From NCBI RefSeq assembly GCF_009914755.1, contig NC_060935.1: a stretch of DNA of 64,000 nucleotides. The stretch is one strand, 5' to 3'. Numbering within the stretch: position 1 is the first letter of the stretch; every line of letters starts with the position of its first letter. Positions 28,774 through 47,606 of this stretch are shown piece by piece. Origin of the DNA: the human T2T-CHM13v2.0 reference genome, Homo sapiens. Below the pieces are notes generated by a model. That model did not search any database. It saw only the letters and a program-made list of their open reading frames with translations, and was not told the DNA's origin. The position numbers were made by a program, and so were the translations under genes.

Positions 28774-29594
28774 GTAAGAAGATTTCCACTCTATCTAGCA
28801 AAAGTTTTCAAATGTGGAATGAAATGCTCATAGAGTACAATCACAGTAACAAACCCTGAGAACTAAAACTATTAAAGGGAAAATACAAGTATCTTTCAAT
28901 GGGATCCGTATGAAACTTGCCTGTATTTGTTGCTAGCTGTCATGTCAGATTATAGCTGTGCATATATGTATCTCTGATCATACACATATGGATGTGGGTT
29001 GGAGCTACCATGTGTTTTTGTATAAGCCATGAAATCTTTGAAGGCAGACAGAGACAGTGTCTCATTTACCTAGCCCAGTGTCTGGCACATAGTAGGTGCT
29101 CAATGAATATTTTTTGAATGAATAAATGAACAAACATATGAACACATTGCTAATTACCTCCCCTCAAGAAGCTGATGGTCTTGTGTGAGAGACAAATAAT
29201 TGAAAATATAGTGAGTTGCATGTTATAATATGGGTAGATACAGAGTAAAATGAAGTATAAAGAGGGGAGTGGTCAACTCTACTGAGTGTCGTTGGGAAAG
29301 GTTCCCTGGGGGAGGTGGTCCTTGAGCTGAATTTTAAAGGATAAGCTTATGTTTTAGGGAAGAAAAATATTTTATGCAGAAGAGATAAAGCTGTATAGTA
29401 TGAGGATAAGAGTCTAACTGAGCTAGATCAGAATGTTTGAATCTTGGCTCAACTCTCTACTTGCTGGGTGTGTTTGAGTAATTTACCTAACTTTTCTGTG
29501 CCACAGCATCATCATGGTACAATGGAAATAATAGTGCTACCTAACTTGTAGGGTTATGATGAGGACCAAATGAGTAATTCATTTAAGGCACTTA

Positions 29595-29997
<403 letters not shown>

Positions 29998-30449
29998 TTA
30001 CTGAGCATGTATGTTTTAGGCATTGCTCTAAATATTTTACTTGAATTTCCTCATTTAATTCTTCCAACACCCCTACTGTACAGTTAAGGAAACAAAGCCT
30101 CAAATAAATACAGAAATAAACAAAAATAAGTAAACAATCCAGTCCTGGGGATATAAATGCAGATTTAGGCCAAGTGCCATGGTTCATGCCTATAATCCCA
30201 ACACTTTGGGAGGCCAAGGCAGGAGGCTCGCTTGAGCTCAGAAGGTTGAGGCTGCATTGAGCAAAGATTGTGCCACTGTACTCCAGCCTCTGTGGCAGAG
30301 AAAGACCCTGTCTCTGAAAAAATTAATAAATAGAAATTTAAAAATAAAAAAATTTTAATGCAGATTTATATGATACCGAAGTTCATTTTCTCAACCATTA
30401 TGAAATACTGTTTCTGGATATGTATAAAATCTTTGTGAGCACACATATC

Positions 30450-30920
30450 TTTTTTTAACTTAACTTTCATTTTAAATTCAGGGGTACATGTGCAGGTTTG
30501 TTATATAGGTAAACTTGTGCCATGGGGGTTTGTTGTATAGATTATTTCATCACCCAGGCATTAAGCCTGGTACCTGTTAGTTATTTTTCCTGATCCTCTC
30601 CCTCCTCCCACCCTCCACCTTCTGAGAGGTCCCAGTGTGTGTCATTTCCCTCTGTGTTCATGTGTTCTCATCATTTAGCTCCCACTTCTAAATGAGAACA
30701 TGTGGTATTTGGTTTTCTGTCACTGTGTTAGTTTGCTAAAGATAATGGCCTCCAGTCCCATCCATGTTCCTGCAAAGGACGTGATCTCATTCTTTTTTAT
30801 GGCTGCGTAGTATTCCATGGTGTATATGCAGCACATTTTTTTATCCAGTCTACCACTGACAGGCATTTAGGTTGATTCCATGTCTTTGCTATTGTGAATA
30901 GTGCACAATGAACATACGTG
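30450..30920 (-). mobile_element. L1PA/PB 3' end fragment in CD3E intron 4
   Basis: ggggtacatgtgcaggtttgttatataggt; flanking GAGCACA(CA)(T) direct repeat. Confidence 0.85.
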
Positions 30921-32034
30921 GAGCACATTTCTGTCTAAGCACAGACATCTAGACCCTTGTGTGAGCATGAGTTAAGTCTAAGCTCTGCTACTGAATTTGT
31001 GCCAATAAAAGTTGTGAGCAATTTTCTTTACATTTTTTTCAAACAAACACACCCAGCAGAGTATAATGTCTATGTACTTTATTTATGATTTCTAGTTCAT
31101 TTAACATGTCTAAGAAACATCCGTGTTGAAAAATTATTTATAAATTAAAATAATATAAACTATCTACTGTCCTTATACTCAACTCCCAATTATAAGCAGG
31201 TGGAAAAACCTGGAGAATGTTTTGTTTACATTCTGTGCAGTCTTTGTCAGAGGGCTGCCTGAGCAACTGGGTCAGAGTTTAGTTCTGCTCTGGGAGTAGC
31301 AGGACCTCAAGAAGGAAAGGAGGAAAGGAAGTAACTTTTTCTTGAGCACCTGCTATGTGTCATTCACTTTCACCTTCATAATCCATTTAATTTTCGCAAA
31401 AACTTTGTGAGGTTGGTGTTTTATCTCCATTTCCCTGATAAAGAAGTTGAGGTTCAGCAAAGTTAAATGACTTGCCCTCAGTCACACAGACTAGGGCAGA
31501 TCCAGGATTCAAACTCAGGGCTTCTGACTCTTGAGTCCAGAGCTCTGTCCCTGACAGCAGCAGCACTGCCTCTCCTCTCTTCCAGCTGTTATGTCCAGAC
31601 TGTAGCAGAACCCAGTGTTCCAGCCACAAGTTTTCCAGGAAATAATAAAGGACTCCTAGCTCCACCTCCCAGGGCAAAAATGGCTGCTGTGGGAAACACA
31701 GGCTGGACCTACGAATGGCATTAGTGGTTTATTAGTTGATTTCAGTTGTCCACACTAATAGGCCTCCCTCTAACAAAAATAATTGAGAGCTGATTATGCT
31801 CAGATATAATGTAAAGTGAAGCCACTTTTTATTGGAAGAAGCATTCCCTCAAAACGTGTAGAGTATTTCACATTATTTAAAGGCAAATAGAGAGAAAATT
31901 ATATGGAATAAGAACAAAGATGTTTCTTCTCTATTATGAGGGACTCAGTTCTGAGAAAGGATTTTAAATTGTAAGAAATAGGTAAGTCCACGAATCAGTG
32001 ATTCAGTGGTGTGGAGAGCTTTATTTCTGAGAAG

Positions 32035-32887
32035 GCCAGTAGCGCTCCCTTCTGACAAGCAAATCTAAGACCTGGATGACAGATGACTTCCTGCATTTGG
32101 TTGGTTCTTTTGTCATTCATATCTATCTGTAATACAGTTCTGGCTAATTTAAGAGGATAAGCTTGAAGACCTCTGGAATTTTTCGGCTTTAGGACTTTAA
32201 GGCTTTCTGAGCTTCAGTAGATCTAGATCTAGGAGCTCATGCTGGTATATTCTGAATCCGATGTATCTGAGTTACACCTATGAGCTACTTAATAAATATA
32301 TCTATGAGCTAAATCTCATAGGCTAAGCATGAACCTCACCTCCAAGACTCGGGGTTCCTAAATGGATGAGACCCTCTTTGGGAAGTCTTGTGGGCAGTGT
32401 CTAATTCCACTAGAAAAATTTTACCTACAATTTAAACTTAAACCATGATATTTTCTTACTGCTGTTTCCTTTTTTCATTTTCAGGTGGTATTACACAGAC
32501 ACGTGAGTTTATTGGTCTTTTATTTATGCCCTGTCTGAGGATGCAGATTGGTGGGTAGATGAGAAGGAACTGATTGAGAGAGATTAACCCCAAGAACTGA
32601 TATCTTCCCAGCATTGCATTCTCAACTCCATTTTAGAAAGGTTCCAAATAGGGACTTCTGTGGGTTTTTCTTTACATCCATCTTACCCTTCCCAAGTCCC
32701 CATGTCCCTGCGTAAACCCTAAAGCCACCTCTCAAAAGGTTCTCTAGTTCCCTTCAAGGTTCTCTAGTTCCCTTCATTCCACATATCTCCTCTTCCACAC
32801 CCTCTAGCCAGTAGAGCTCCCTTCTGACAAGCAAGTCTAAGATCTAGATGACAGATGACTTCCTGCATTTGGGTGGTTCTTTTGTCA
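32035..32887 (+). repeat. 81-bp direct repeat pair (32035-32115 / 32807-32887)
   Basis: 76/81 identical by manual alignment. Confidence 0.95.
32485..32502 (+). CDS. CD3E: CD3E exon 5, 18-nt micro-exon (GGITQT)
   Basis: ttttcag|GTGGTATTACACAGACAC|gtgagt. Confidence 0.96.
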
Positions 32888-32891
32888 CTAA

Positions 32892-33266
<375 letters not shown>

Positions 33267-33905
33267 TGATTTTCCCTAACCCAGCTCACAGTGCCCAGGC
33301 GTCTTTGCGCTTCCTCCCACACTCAATCCTGGGACTCTCTGGTACCACATGGCATCAGTGTTTTCTGGAATATAGATTAAACACCAATATGAGGCTTCTG
33401 GGTAACCCCAGTCTGTGCGAGATCTAAAATAGCAACTCCCTAAGAGACAGGACTGGGTCATTTGCACCGCATCACACCCAGGTTCATAGCACACCAACAT
33501 GAGTTTATCTAATGCTTCCTCCAGAGATAAATTTTTCAGAAAGGTTTGCAAAAAACACTCAAGGCCACTATAGTAAAATGGCATAAGCTAAGGTATAATA
33601 ATAAAATAATAACAATACTTAACATTTATTGAGTGCTTATTAAGTCTCAAGCACTGTCTGTACCCAACACTTATCAAGGATTCTTTTTCATGTAATCCTC
33701 TCAACAACCATATGGGTTAAGTATCATTTTATTCCCATGAGTAAAGGGATGAGGAAACAGAGGGTTTGTGAGTTGAAAACACATTTCACGCTTCTCACAG
33801 CTAGTGAGTAATAAAGCTGGGACTCAAACCCAGGGCTGTTTGACTCCAGTGCCTCTACCCACGGCCACCACTCTTTGCTTGTCAATGTTGTTCTAAACAT
33901 ATTGA

Positions 33906-34289
<384 letters not shown>

Positions 34290-34779
34290 TAGGTCAGAAC
34301 AGCTTCTCTAGAGCTTCTATGCACAGCTTCTATTACTGTGATGACAAGATCTCAACAGACGGTTTCAAATCTCACATCACTCCCCTCCTTCCCATCCTAG
34401 AAAAGTGCAAAAAAGTTTATGAAAGTGATGGGCTTCCTCACATACCTGTCAATGCCTGCAGTCATCCGATTCCGCCCCTAAGCTGTGGGAAGAGAGACTT
34501 TGATATATTAGCTCCTGCCTTTTCCTTTCCCTTCCCCTATGGAGAGAAACAATGGGAGGATCTTGAGCTGAGGAAAGTCACAAAATGATGAGAAGAGTGT
34601 AGGGTCCTTAGAGATGAATGAAAGAAAAAAAAAGAGAAAGGACGTCTGAACAGAAAAGGGAGCGGTAGAGGAGAGAACAATGGGGTTTGCCATTCTCTAT
34701 CTGGGTCTCACTGGCACAGACAGTGCTGCAAGATTGGTTCCCTCATGGGAATGAAACGTTTCCCCTCCTTCCTCCGCAG

Positions 34780-34826
34780 GACAAAACAAGGAGAGGCCAC
34801 CACCTGTTCCCAACCCAGACTATGAG
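34780..34826 (+). CDS. CD3E: CD3E exon 8: proline-rich sequence and first ITAM tyrosine (QNKERPPPVPNPDYE)
   Basis: ccgcag acceptor, gtaacg donor, 47 nt. Confidence 0.97.
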
Positions 34827-35280
34827 GTAACGTGGGATAGAAATGGGCCAGGACGCTGGAGGGGATGTCCCTCCAGGGGGGAAGGAAACAGATGGGATGG
34901 CCCATCTTGTCTGCCAGATGCCTCAAAGCCCCTCACTCAGGGCTTCCATTACAACCCTCTATATGCCACCTCTGCGTCCTTCATGGTAAAACAGGACTGT
35001 CTCAAAGGCTGCATGGCTTCCACAACCATGGAGAGGTGGAAGCTTGCAGGAGACATACTCCTCTTTCTCTGGCTTATTCATTGACTGGGATACAGCCATG
35101 GAGAATATCATATATGCAAATTCTAACACAATAAATTCTGGGCTGATATTCCACCAGCATGCACCAGTATAGCGAGTTATTGAAATATTAAAATTATATA
35201 AATATTATATAAAAGTTATTGAAATATTAAAATACTCATTGGGAAATAGCCCCAAACTTTGCTCACCCCAACCCACCCTT

Positions 35281-35285
35281 ACACA

Positions 35286-35323
<38 letters not shown>
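35281..35323. repeat. (CA)n microsatellite in CD3E intron 8
   Basis: Seen directly. Confidence 0.95.
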
Positions 35324-35327
<4 letters not shown>

Positions 35328-35809
35328 ACCAGACATCCCAGTCCCTCCCCTACCGGGCTGCCTCTTGAGTTGGGGTAACAAAGAGTTAATGCCTGGCATG
35401 GCAGAGGATCACCAGGATTGTTCTAGTTGATTGGTATGTGTGCACTCCTAGTTGTTAAATATTTTCACTATCACACCTGGATATACTCAACAAATATTTG
35501 TTGAGCCAAATACTCAACACCAGCCAAGCACGTAGTATTTACTTTAGCTTAAGCGAATTATTTAGCCCTGACAGAAGCCCTGGAATGTGGGTCTTTAAGT
35601 TCCTATTTTTGAGATGGGAAAGCTGAGGCTCACGGAAGGAGGTGACCAGCTCAAGTCTCCTACCGTCCATGCCAAATTAGAATTCCAGCCTGCCTCCTGA
35701 CTTCAAGTCCAAAGTTCTTCCCACGCACTAAAGCTAGCTCTTCAGTGTCCTTTCTTAGGAGGTACTTCCTCCCGCACCACTGACCGCCCCCTCTCTATTT
35801 CACCCCCAG

Positions 35810-35866
35810 CCCATCCGGAAAGGCCAGCGGGACCTGTATTCTGGCCTGAATCAGAGACGCATCTGA
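35810..35866 (+). CDS. CD3E: CD3E exon 9 coding part (PIRKGQRDLYSGLNQRRI*)
   Basis: cccccag acceptor, TGA at 35864-35866; exon lengths 49+21+15+18+249+168+47+57 = 624 nt. Confidence 0.98.
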   Translation, partial: PIRKGQRDLYSGLNQRRI

Positions 35867-36475
35867 CCCTCTGGAGAACACTGCCTCCCGCTGGCCCAGG
35901 TCTCCTCTCCAGTCCCCCTGCGACTCCCTGTTTCCTGGGCTAGTCTTGGACCCCACGAGAGAGAATCGTTCCTCAGCCTCATGGTGAACTCGCGCCCTCC
36001 AGCCTGATCCCCCGCTCCCTCCTCCCTGCCTTCTCTGCTGGTACCCAGTCCTAAAATATTGCTGCTTCCTCTTCCTTTGAAGCATCATCAGTAGTCACAC
36101 CCTCACAGCTGGCCTGCCCTCTTGCCAGGATATTTATTTGTGCTATTCACTCCCTTCCCTTTGGATGTAACTTCTCCGTTCAGTTCCCTCCTTTTCTTGC
36201 ATGTAAGTTGTCCCCCATCCCAAAGTATTCCATCTACTTTTCTATCGCCGTCCCCTTTTGCAGCCCTCTCTGGGGATGGACTGGGTAAATGTTGACAGAG
36301 GCCCTGCCCCGTTCACAGATCCTGGCCCTGAGCCAGCCCTGTGCTCCTCCCTCCCCCAACACTCCCTACCAACCCCCTAATCCCCTACTCCCTCCACCCC
36401 CCCTCCACTGTAGGCCACTGGATGGTCATTTGCATCTCCGTAAATGTGCTCTGCTCCTCAGCTGAGAGAGAAAAA

Positions 36476-36481
36476 AATAAA
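36476..36481 (+). terminator. CD3E: CD3E polyadenylation signal AATAAA (3' UTR 35867 to about 36497)
   Basis: AATAAA about 610 nt after the stop, with GT-rich sequence downstream. Confidence 0.85.
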
Positions 36482-36669
36482 CTGTATTTGGCTGCAAGAG
36501 TTGCTGTCCCTGTTTTCTGAGAGACCCTCAGAGGCTGCCTTAACTCCCAAGACCATTCAGGTTCTCACTATCTTTGACTAAATTCTCAGCTATGACCCCA
36601 GATGCGAGCACTCTCTGTTTCCACAGCTGGTAGGGCCGTTACCTGAAGCTCTCTTTAGAGAGGGCATAA

Positions 36670-36820
36670 GGGAATAAGAAAAAAAAGAGAGAGAGAGAGT
36701 GAAGGGAGGGGAAAGAAAAGAAAAAGAGAGAGAGAAAGAAAAATAAAAGGAAAGGGAAAGAAGGGAGGGATTGAGGAAGGGAAGAAAGAAAGAGGATGGG
36801 AGGGAGAGAAAGAAAGAAAG
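36670..36820 (+). repeat. Polypurine (GA-rich) tract between the CD3E poly(A) site and the enhancer
   Basis: About 150 nt almost entirely A/G. Confidence 0.9.
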
Positions 36821-36899
36821 TTTCACCAACTTCTCTTGGAGGAAAACATCAAACGTGGCAGAGAAAGACTGATGGGTCCCTGATGGAGTGGTTGGTAGA

Positions 36900-37300
36900 A
36901 AATGGACAAGACAGAAATAGGCCTTGAAAGACAGATGAAGGTACGGAAGAGGACGGTGGCGGTGGAAGCCGGGCTTGGAGATGGGACACAGATTTCCACA
37001 AGCTGCCAGGAAAAGCTGCGAGCCAGGGCTGGCTGGGGAAGTGAAGGAGGGAGGTGTCTCAAGCAGGCACACCCCCACCCTGAGGCAGCCGCCTGCAGCC
37101 AGAGGCGGGCTGTGGTTAAGCAGTGCAGGATGTGGGCTGCACTGCTAAGCGTGGCTTCTGGGAGTGAGGGTGGGAGAGGTACAGCGGCAGCTGGGCGGAG
37201 GCCCGTGTGAGAGCGCTTTGTTCTCAGTCTCCCACAGCACACTCTGCTTGCAGAGAGAGGAGGCTGGAGCATCCAGGAACTGTCCTAATCCAGCTCAAAC
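36900..37300. promoter_or_regulatory. CD3E 3' T-cell enhancer with the classic TCF-1 site CTTTGTT (37216-37222), RUNX TGTGGTT (37111), ETS GGAAGTG (37037), E-box CAGCTG (37188)
   Basis: Minus strand reads GACTGAGAACAAAGCGCTCT, the CD3-epsilon enhancer element recalled from TCF-1 cloning; GC/CpG-enriched unique DNA just 3' of the gene. Confidence 0.85.
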
Positions 37301-37889
37301 CAGTGGGCTCTCTTCTCTCCCTCCCTGCACTAATAATTCACCCTGCTGATTTATGAGTGCGACCACCACTAAAAAGGCCATTCGTGACCAGCAGCCTCCA
37401 CATACTGCTCCCCCTCAGCCTTGGGCTGTAGCTACAGCTTCTATTTGTTTTTGGTCGCTGTTGAAGAGTCACTTCCTTCACTCTAAGCATCAACACTTAG
37501 GTTCAGAAGATGCCTCCATGATGTTGTCCATCACTAGCTGCTGGATGGCAGTTTTGTCCCAAGTATACTTGATTGTGCCCTGTCAAGGGGAGGCATGGCT
37601 CAGCGTAATACAGGCAATAACAGCTGACATGTGTTGAGCATTTACTCAATACATGCTTCAGAAATTGTACGTAGCACTTTACCTGCATTATCTCATTTAA
37701 TCTTTATGTTGACACAAGAAGTTAGATGTCATCCTCATTTTACAGACGAGGATACTGAGGCTCAGAGAGGTCAAATCATTGCCCAAGTCACAGATGGGGT
37801 GGGGCAGAGCTGGAACTAGCAGCCAATTTTAATGGTCAGAGCATCTACTCATTACTGACTGTGATCATAAAGAATGTTCCCCATTGTCG

Positions 37890-39175
<1,286 letters not shown>

Positions 39176-40898
39176 CTATGCTCAGGTCCTTTCTCAAGTT
39201 CTAGCCACGCCTTACTTACTCACTCCTTAATGCATCATGCAAAGTAGGTATTATTTTATCAGTTTCGCAAAAGAGAAAACTGACTTTCAGCAATAATAGG
39301 TAACTTCCTTAAGTTCCCAGAGCAAGGAAGTGAAGGCCCTGGAACCTAAACCCAGATCCTCTAGCACACTCTCCCACAAATGTCTGATTCTGCTTTGCTG
39401 AAATACAGTGAATATGGCAGGTCCCCAAAGTACATCCTAGGACCTTGTGGTTCCTGGCTGTGCCTGGCCACATCAAAGCAGGGAGGCTGACAATCTCTGT
39501 CCCTTCTTGGCTCCCTCTTCCACTCCCCTGAGTGGTTGGGCCACACTTTCAGTGCTCCTGTCAAAAGGCCACCCAATCCCTGCTCTCCTCACCGTGAGCA
39601 GCTGAGGGCAACTCCAGCTTCACGGAGAACAGAGAATAGGCCCACGGGGCCTGCAGCCAACCCCTTACCTACTCCCTCATGTGCTTCCTCACCTGCCCTT
39701 CCTGCCCCAAGGATGGGACTTTTCCCACTCACCTAAAACCTTGATAGCCTCCCCTTTCTTCTGCTCCAGTGTCTCATGACATCACCTCTCCCTCTCCCCA
39801 GTATTACCCAACTGTCCCCTTTAACTTGATCTTTCCCCTCCACTGCATGCTCACATCTCTCCCATGCTAAGATAAGCTCTCCCTTGACCCTGCATGCCTC
39901 CTGCCCAGATACTTCCCTTTCTCTCTCTGCCTTTTTAAGTCCCAAAGAGAAGTCTACTAGGCCAACTTCCTCATTTCCCTCTGATCCTCAGCCCTTTACA
40001 GTCGGGCTTCCTCCTCTCCCACTCCAGAAACTCTCAAAAACATCACAGTGCCCTCCTCCTTGCCAAATCAAAGAAGCACTCCATGAGCCTTTCAAGAGCA
40101 GACCTCTTGGAAGTATGTGAAAGATTGACTGCTCACTTCCTTGGCTTCCATGACATCCTCTGCCCCTCCTTACCTCTCTTGAAATTCCTCCTCCCTGCTC
40201 CTTAAACACTGGTGTTCTTCGAGGTTCTGTTCTCATTCCAATACCCTTCACACTTCACCTATTTTTCTTACTTTCCCATATCTCTACCCCCAGACCTGAC
40301 CAGATCAGATATCCTCTTAGGCTTTAGACATATTCTGGATGTATCCATTGGGAGCCCACAGACTTCACAGACATTTCAAATTTGAGATGTTCAAAACTGA
40401 AGTCACCATTCCACCCCCCACCCACCCCCAATCCCTCAAACCATCTCCTCAACCTGCATGTCCTTCCCCAGCGAAGGGTACCACCATCTACACAGTGCTA
40501 CTGGATCAGAAACCCTGGAATTGGCCTGGATGCCTCCTGCACCCTCATTTTCCACATCCAAATGGCACTCCCTAAATAGCTCTTCAAACTGATTTCTCTC
40601 TGTTTCTGCCTCCAGAATTATGTGTGCCATATCACTTCCTGCTGGAAGCTCTTCAAGGATGCATTACCTCATACAGAAAAAGCCCATACCCCCTACTTAG
40701 CCTTACACTCCAGGTCTTCCGCCTTTGGACCCTTACCACCTCTCCCTTATTTCTAACACTCTGCAACTTGAACTTCATGCTCTAGTAAAACTAAACCTCT
40801 TGAAATTCTCCCTGCTCTCCACCTCCGTGGTGTCTCTCCCCATCTTTGCTCATGCTTTCTTCTCTGCCTAGACTGTTCTTTCCTTGTCTCCACTTTTC

Positions 40899-43418
<2,520 letters not shown>

Positions 43419-43604
43419 CCTTGCCTCTACTTCTCACATGACTTCTATTCATGCATCAAAACTAAACAGATGATGATTTTCTCCAGGAAGCTTTCAAAAT
43501 CCCTCCCAGATGAGGCTAAAAGCCGCTACTCCTTGGTACCAAACAACTCTATAACTCTGTCATATTCCTACCATCATATTAGATGTATCTGTATGTTTAA
43601 TGAA

Positions 43605-43692
43605 AGGATGGATGATAAATGGATGGGTGGATGGGTGAACGGATGGATGGATGATGGGTGGATGAATGGATGAATAGATGATGGATGGATGA
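43605..43692 (+). repeat. (GGAT/TGGA)n simple repeat
   Basis: Seen directly. Confidence 0.9.
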
Positions 43693-44629
43693 ATTTTTTC
43701 ACTACTAGATAAGAGGACAGAATCTGTATTTTTCTTTGATATACCAGCTCCTACACAGTTCAGACCCTAGTTCATAATATATCCTCAATAAATGTTGACA
43801 TGAACTGACCTTGAAGATGATGCTGATGGAATTTCCACAGAAGACCAATAAGATACTGATGGGAAATCCAGATATTACTAACATAGATAGAAAAATAATC
43901 AAAATGAACATACTAAAAACTTGCAAGCACAGCGTCCCTACTCAAAGGAACTTGCTATTCCTCTAACTCTCTGGCTTGGATTGATGTCTAGGAACAGCCA
44001 GCTAAAATCAACCTCATCCTAGGCAAAGATACTTTGGTTGGCAGTAGGGAATAAGAGAAAAAGTTTGGTGTGGAATGAGAAAAGGTAAGAGCTTTCTTTA
44101 CTGGGGGAACCCATAGTTATAGATTATTCAGAAAGGGAAGCTCTCTAAAAACCAAGAGCCCCTTTTCAGATATGTCGACTCTTAGTTCCTTCAGACATCC
44201 CTGGTACAAGTCTTGGCCCCATCCCAGAGCTGGGACATGATTAGGAGACAGAGATCTGCCCCCCTGGCATTTGCCCATTCCCTGGTCATGTAAAGTACAA
44301 GCAACTAGATATAATGACAAAAATATTTCCCAACTTTTTCCAATGAGTTCTTGAGCTATTTAACCCTGAGCACTTATTTTATTTAAGAATATCTCAAAAT
44401 GGAAGAATTGGAGGTGAAGCTGAGAAGCCAGGGAAACCCTGATAACTCAGAGACAATTCCAACATTGCAGTGTAACTATCACTCCATCATCACACCCTGT
44501 TCACTCAGCAGGCTATGGACTCAGGGGTTCTATTTACCCTAATCCCATATTCCTCCTCCCAAATTTAAAGCCGACCAGAACAACAGGTCTCTTAATTCCC
44601 TCTTTAGCTAAGAATTTCTAGCCCTGAGA

Positions 44630-45740
<1,111 letters not shown>

Positions 45741-46257
45741 TTTCTAGCCCTGAACATTGGTTTTATTTGTGAAGTCTGATCCCACAGGTACCTGTTGCTT
45801 ACTGACATCATGGGCAGAAATATCCTAGCAAATGTCCTTGGAATGACAGGTGGAAGAGTTGGAAGTGGAGTTGAAATCTTGAGTAGGTTTCCTACCTGGA
45901 CAGAAGCAGAGTAGTGCAAGATAAATGTAGATGCTGAGGTGAGAAAAATAAGCAGGATGAGGAGGCTGTAGATTACATATGGGATGCAGAGGATAGGAGG
46001 GATACACATTATAGAAGGAACACCACGTTGCATTTGAATGCAGTGTATAGGTGGGAAACAGTGGAAAGGAGGAATACAGAATAAAGGAAAGATTAAGAGT
46101 GTAGAAGGCCCAAGTCAAACTTGTAGAGATGAAAACTATGATATCTGAGAGGGAAAAAAATGAATTGGCCATATCTGGCCAGGCACGGTGGCTCATGCCT
46201 GTAATCCCAGCACTTTGGGAGGCCAAGGCAGGCAGATCACCTGAGGTCAGGAGTTCA

Positions 46258-46500
<243 letters not shown>

Positions 46501-46767
46501 CTAACCAGCAGATTTGATATTACAGAAGAAAAGATTAGATTAGTGGGCTTGAAGACATAACAATAAAAACACAAAGAGAAAATGAAACGCAAAGAAAAAA
46601 ATTAAAGAATAGAAAAGAATATATCATGCTAACACTAATGAAAAGAAAACCGTATATTAACATCAGCCAAAGACATACTTCAAAGACCAAAGAATGTTAC
46701 CTGGAATACAGAGAGATATCACGTCATGTCACAATGACAAAGGAGTCAAGAGAATATAGCAATCCTA

Positions 46768-46974
<207 letters not shown>

Positions 46975-47369
46975 TCAGGAGTCTGAGGCAGGAGAATCAC
47001 TTGAGCCCAGGAGGTGGAGACTGCAGTAAGCCGAGATCACGCTACTGTACTCCAGCCTGAGCGATAGAGCGAGATTCTGTCTCCAAAAAAAAAAAAAATT
47101 GAAGCAACTCACCACAAATCAATGATAAGCATTTGAGGTAATGCATATATTAATTAGCTTGATCTAGCCACTCCACAAGATATACATATTTCAAAACATC
47201 ATACTGCACACCATAAATGTATACAATTTATATTAGCTTATTAAAAGTAAATAAATAATAAATTTTTAAAATAAAAAAACCCCAATTACACAATTTAAAA
47301 ATTGAAGCAATCCCAGCATTTTGGGAGGCTGAGGTGGGCAGATCACCTGAGGTCAGGAGTTTGAGACTA

Positions 47370-47606
<237 letters not shown>

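Noticed and set aside
36590-37272. 162-aa and 149-aa minus-strand ORFs
   Set aside because: Arise from the stop-poor polypurine tract and GC-rich enhancer; no recognisable protein
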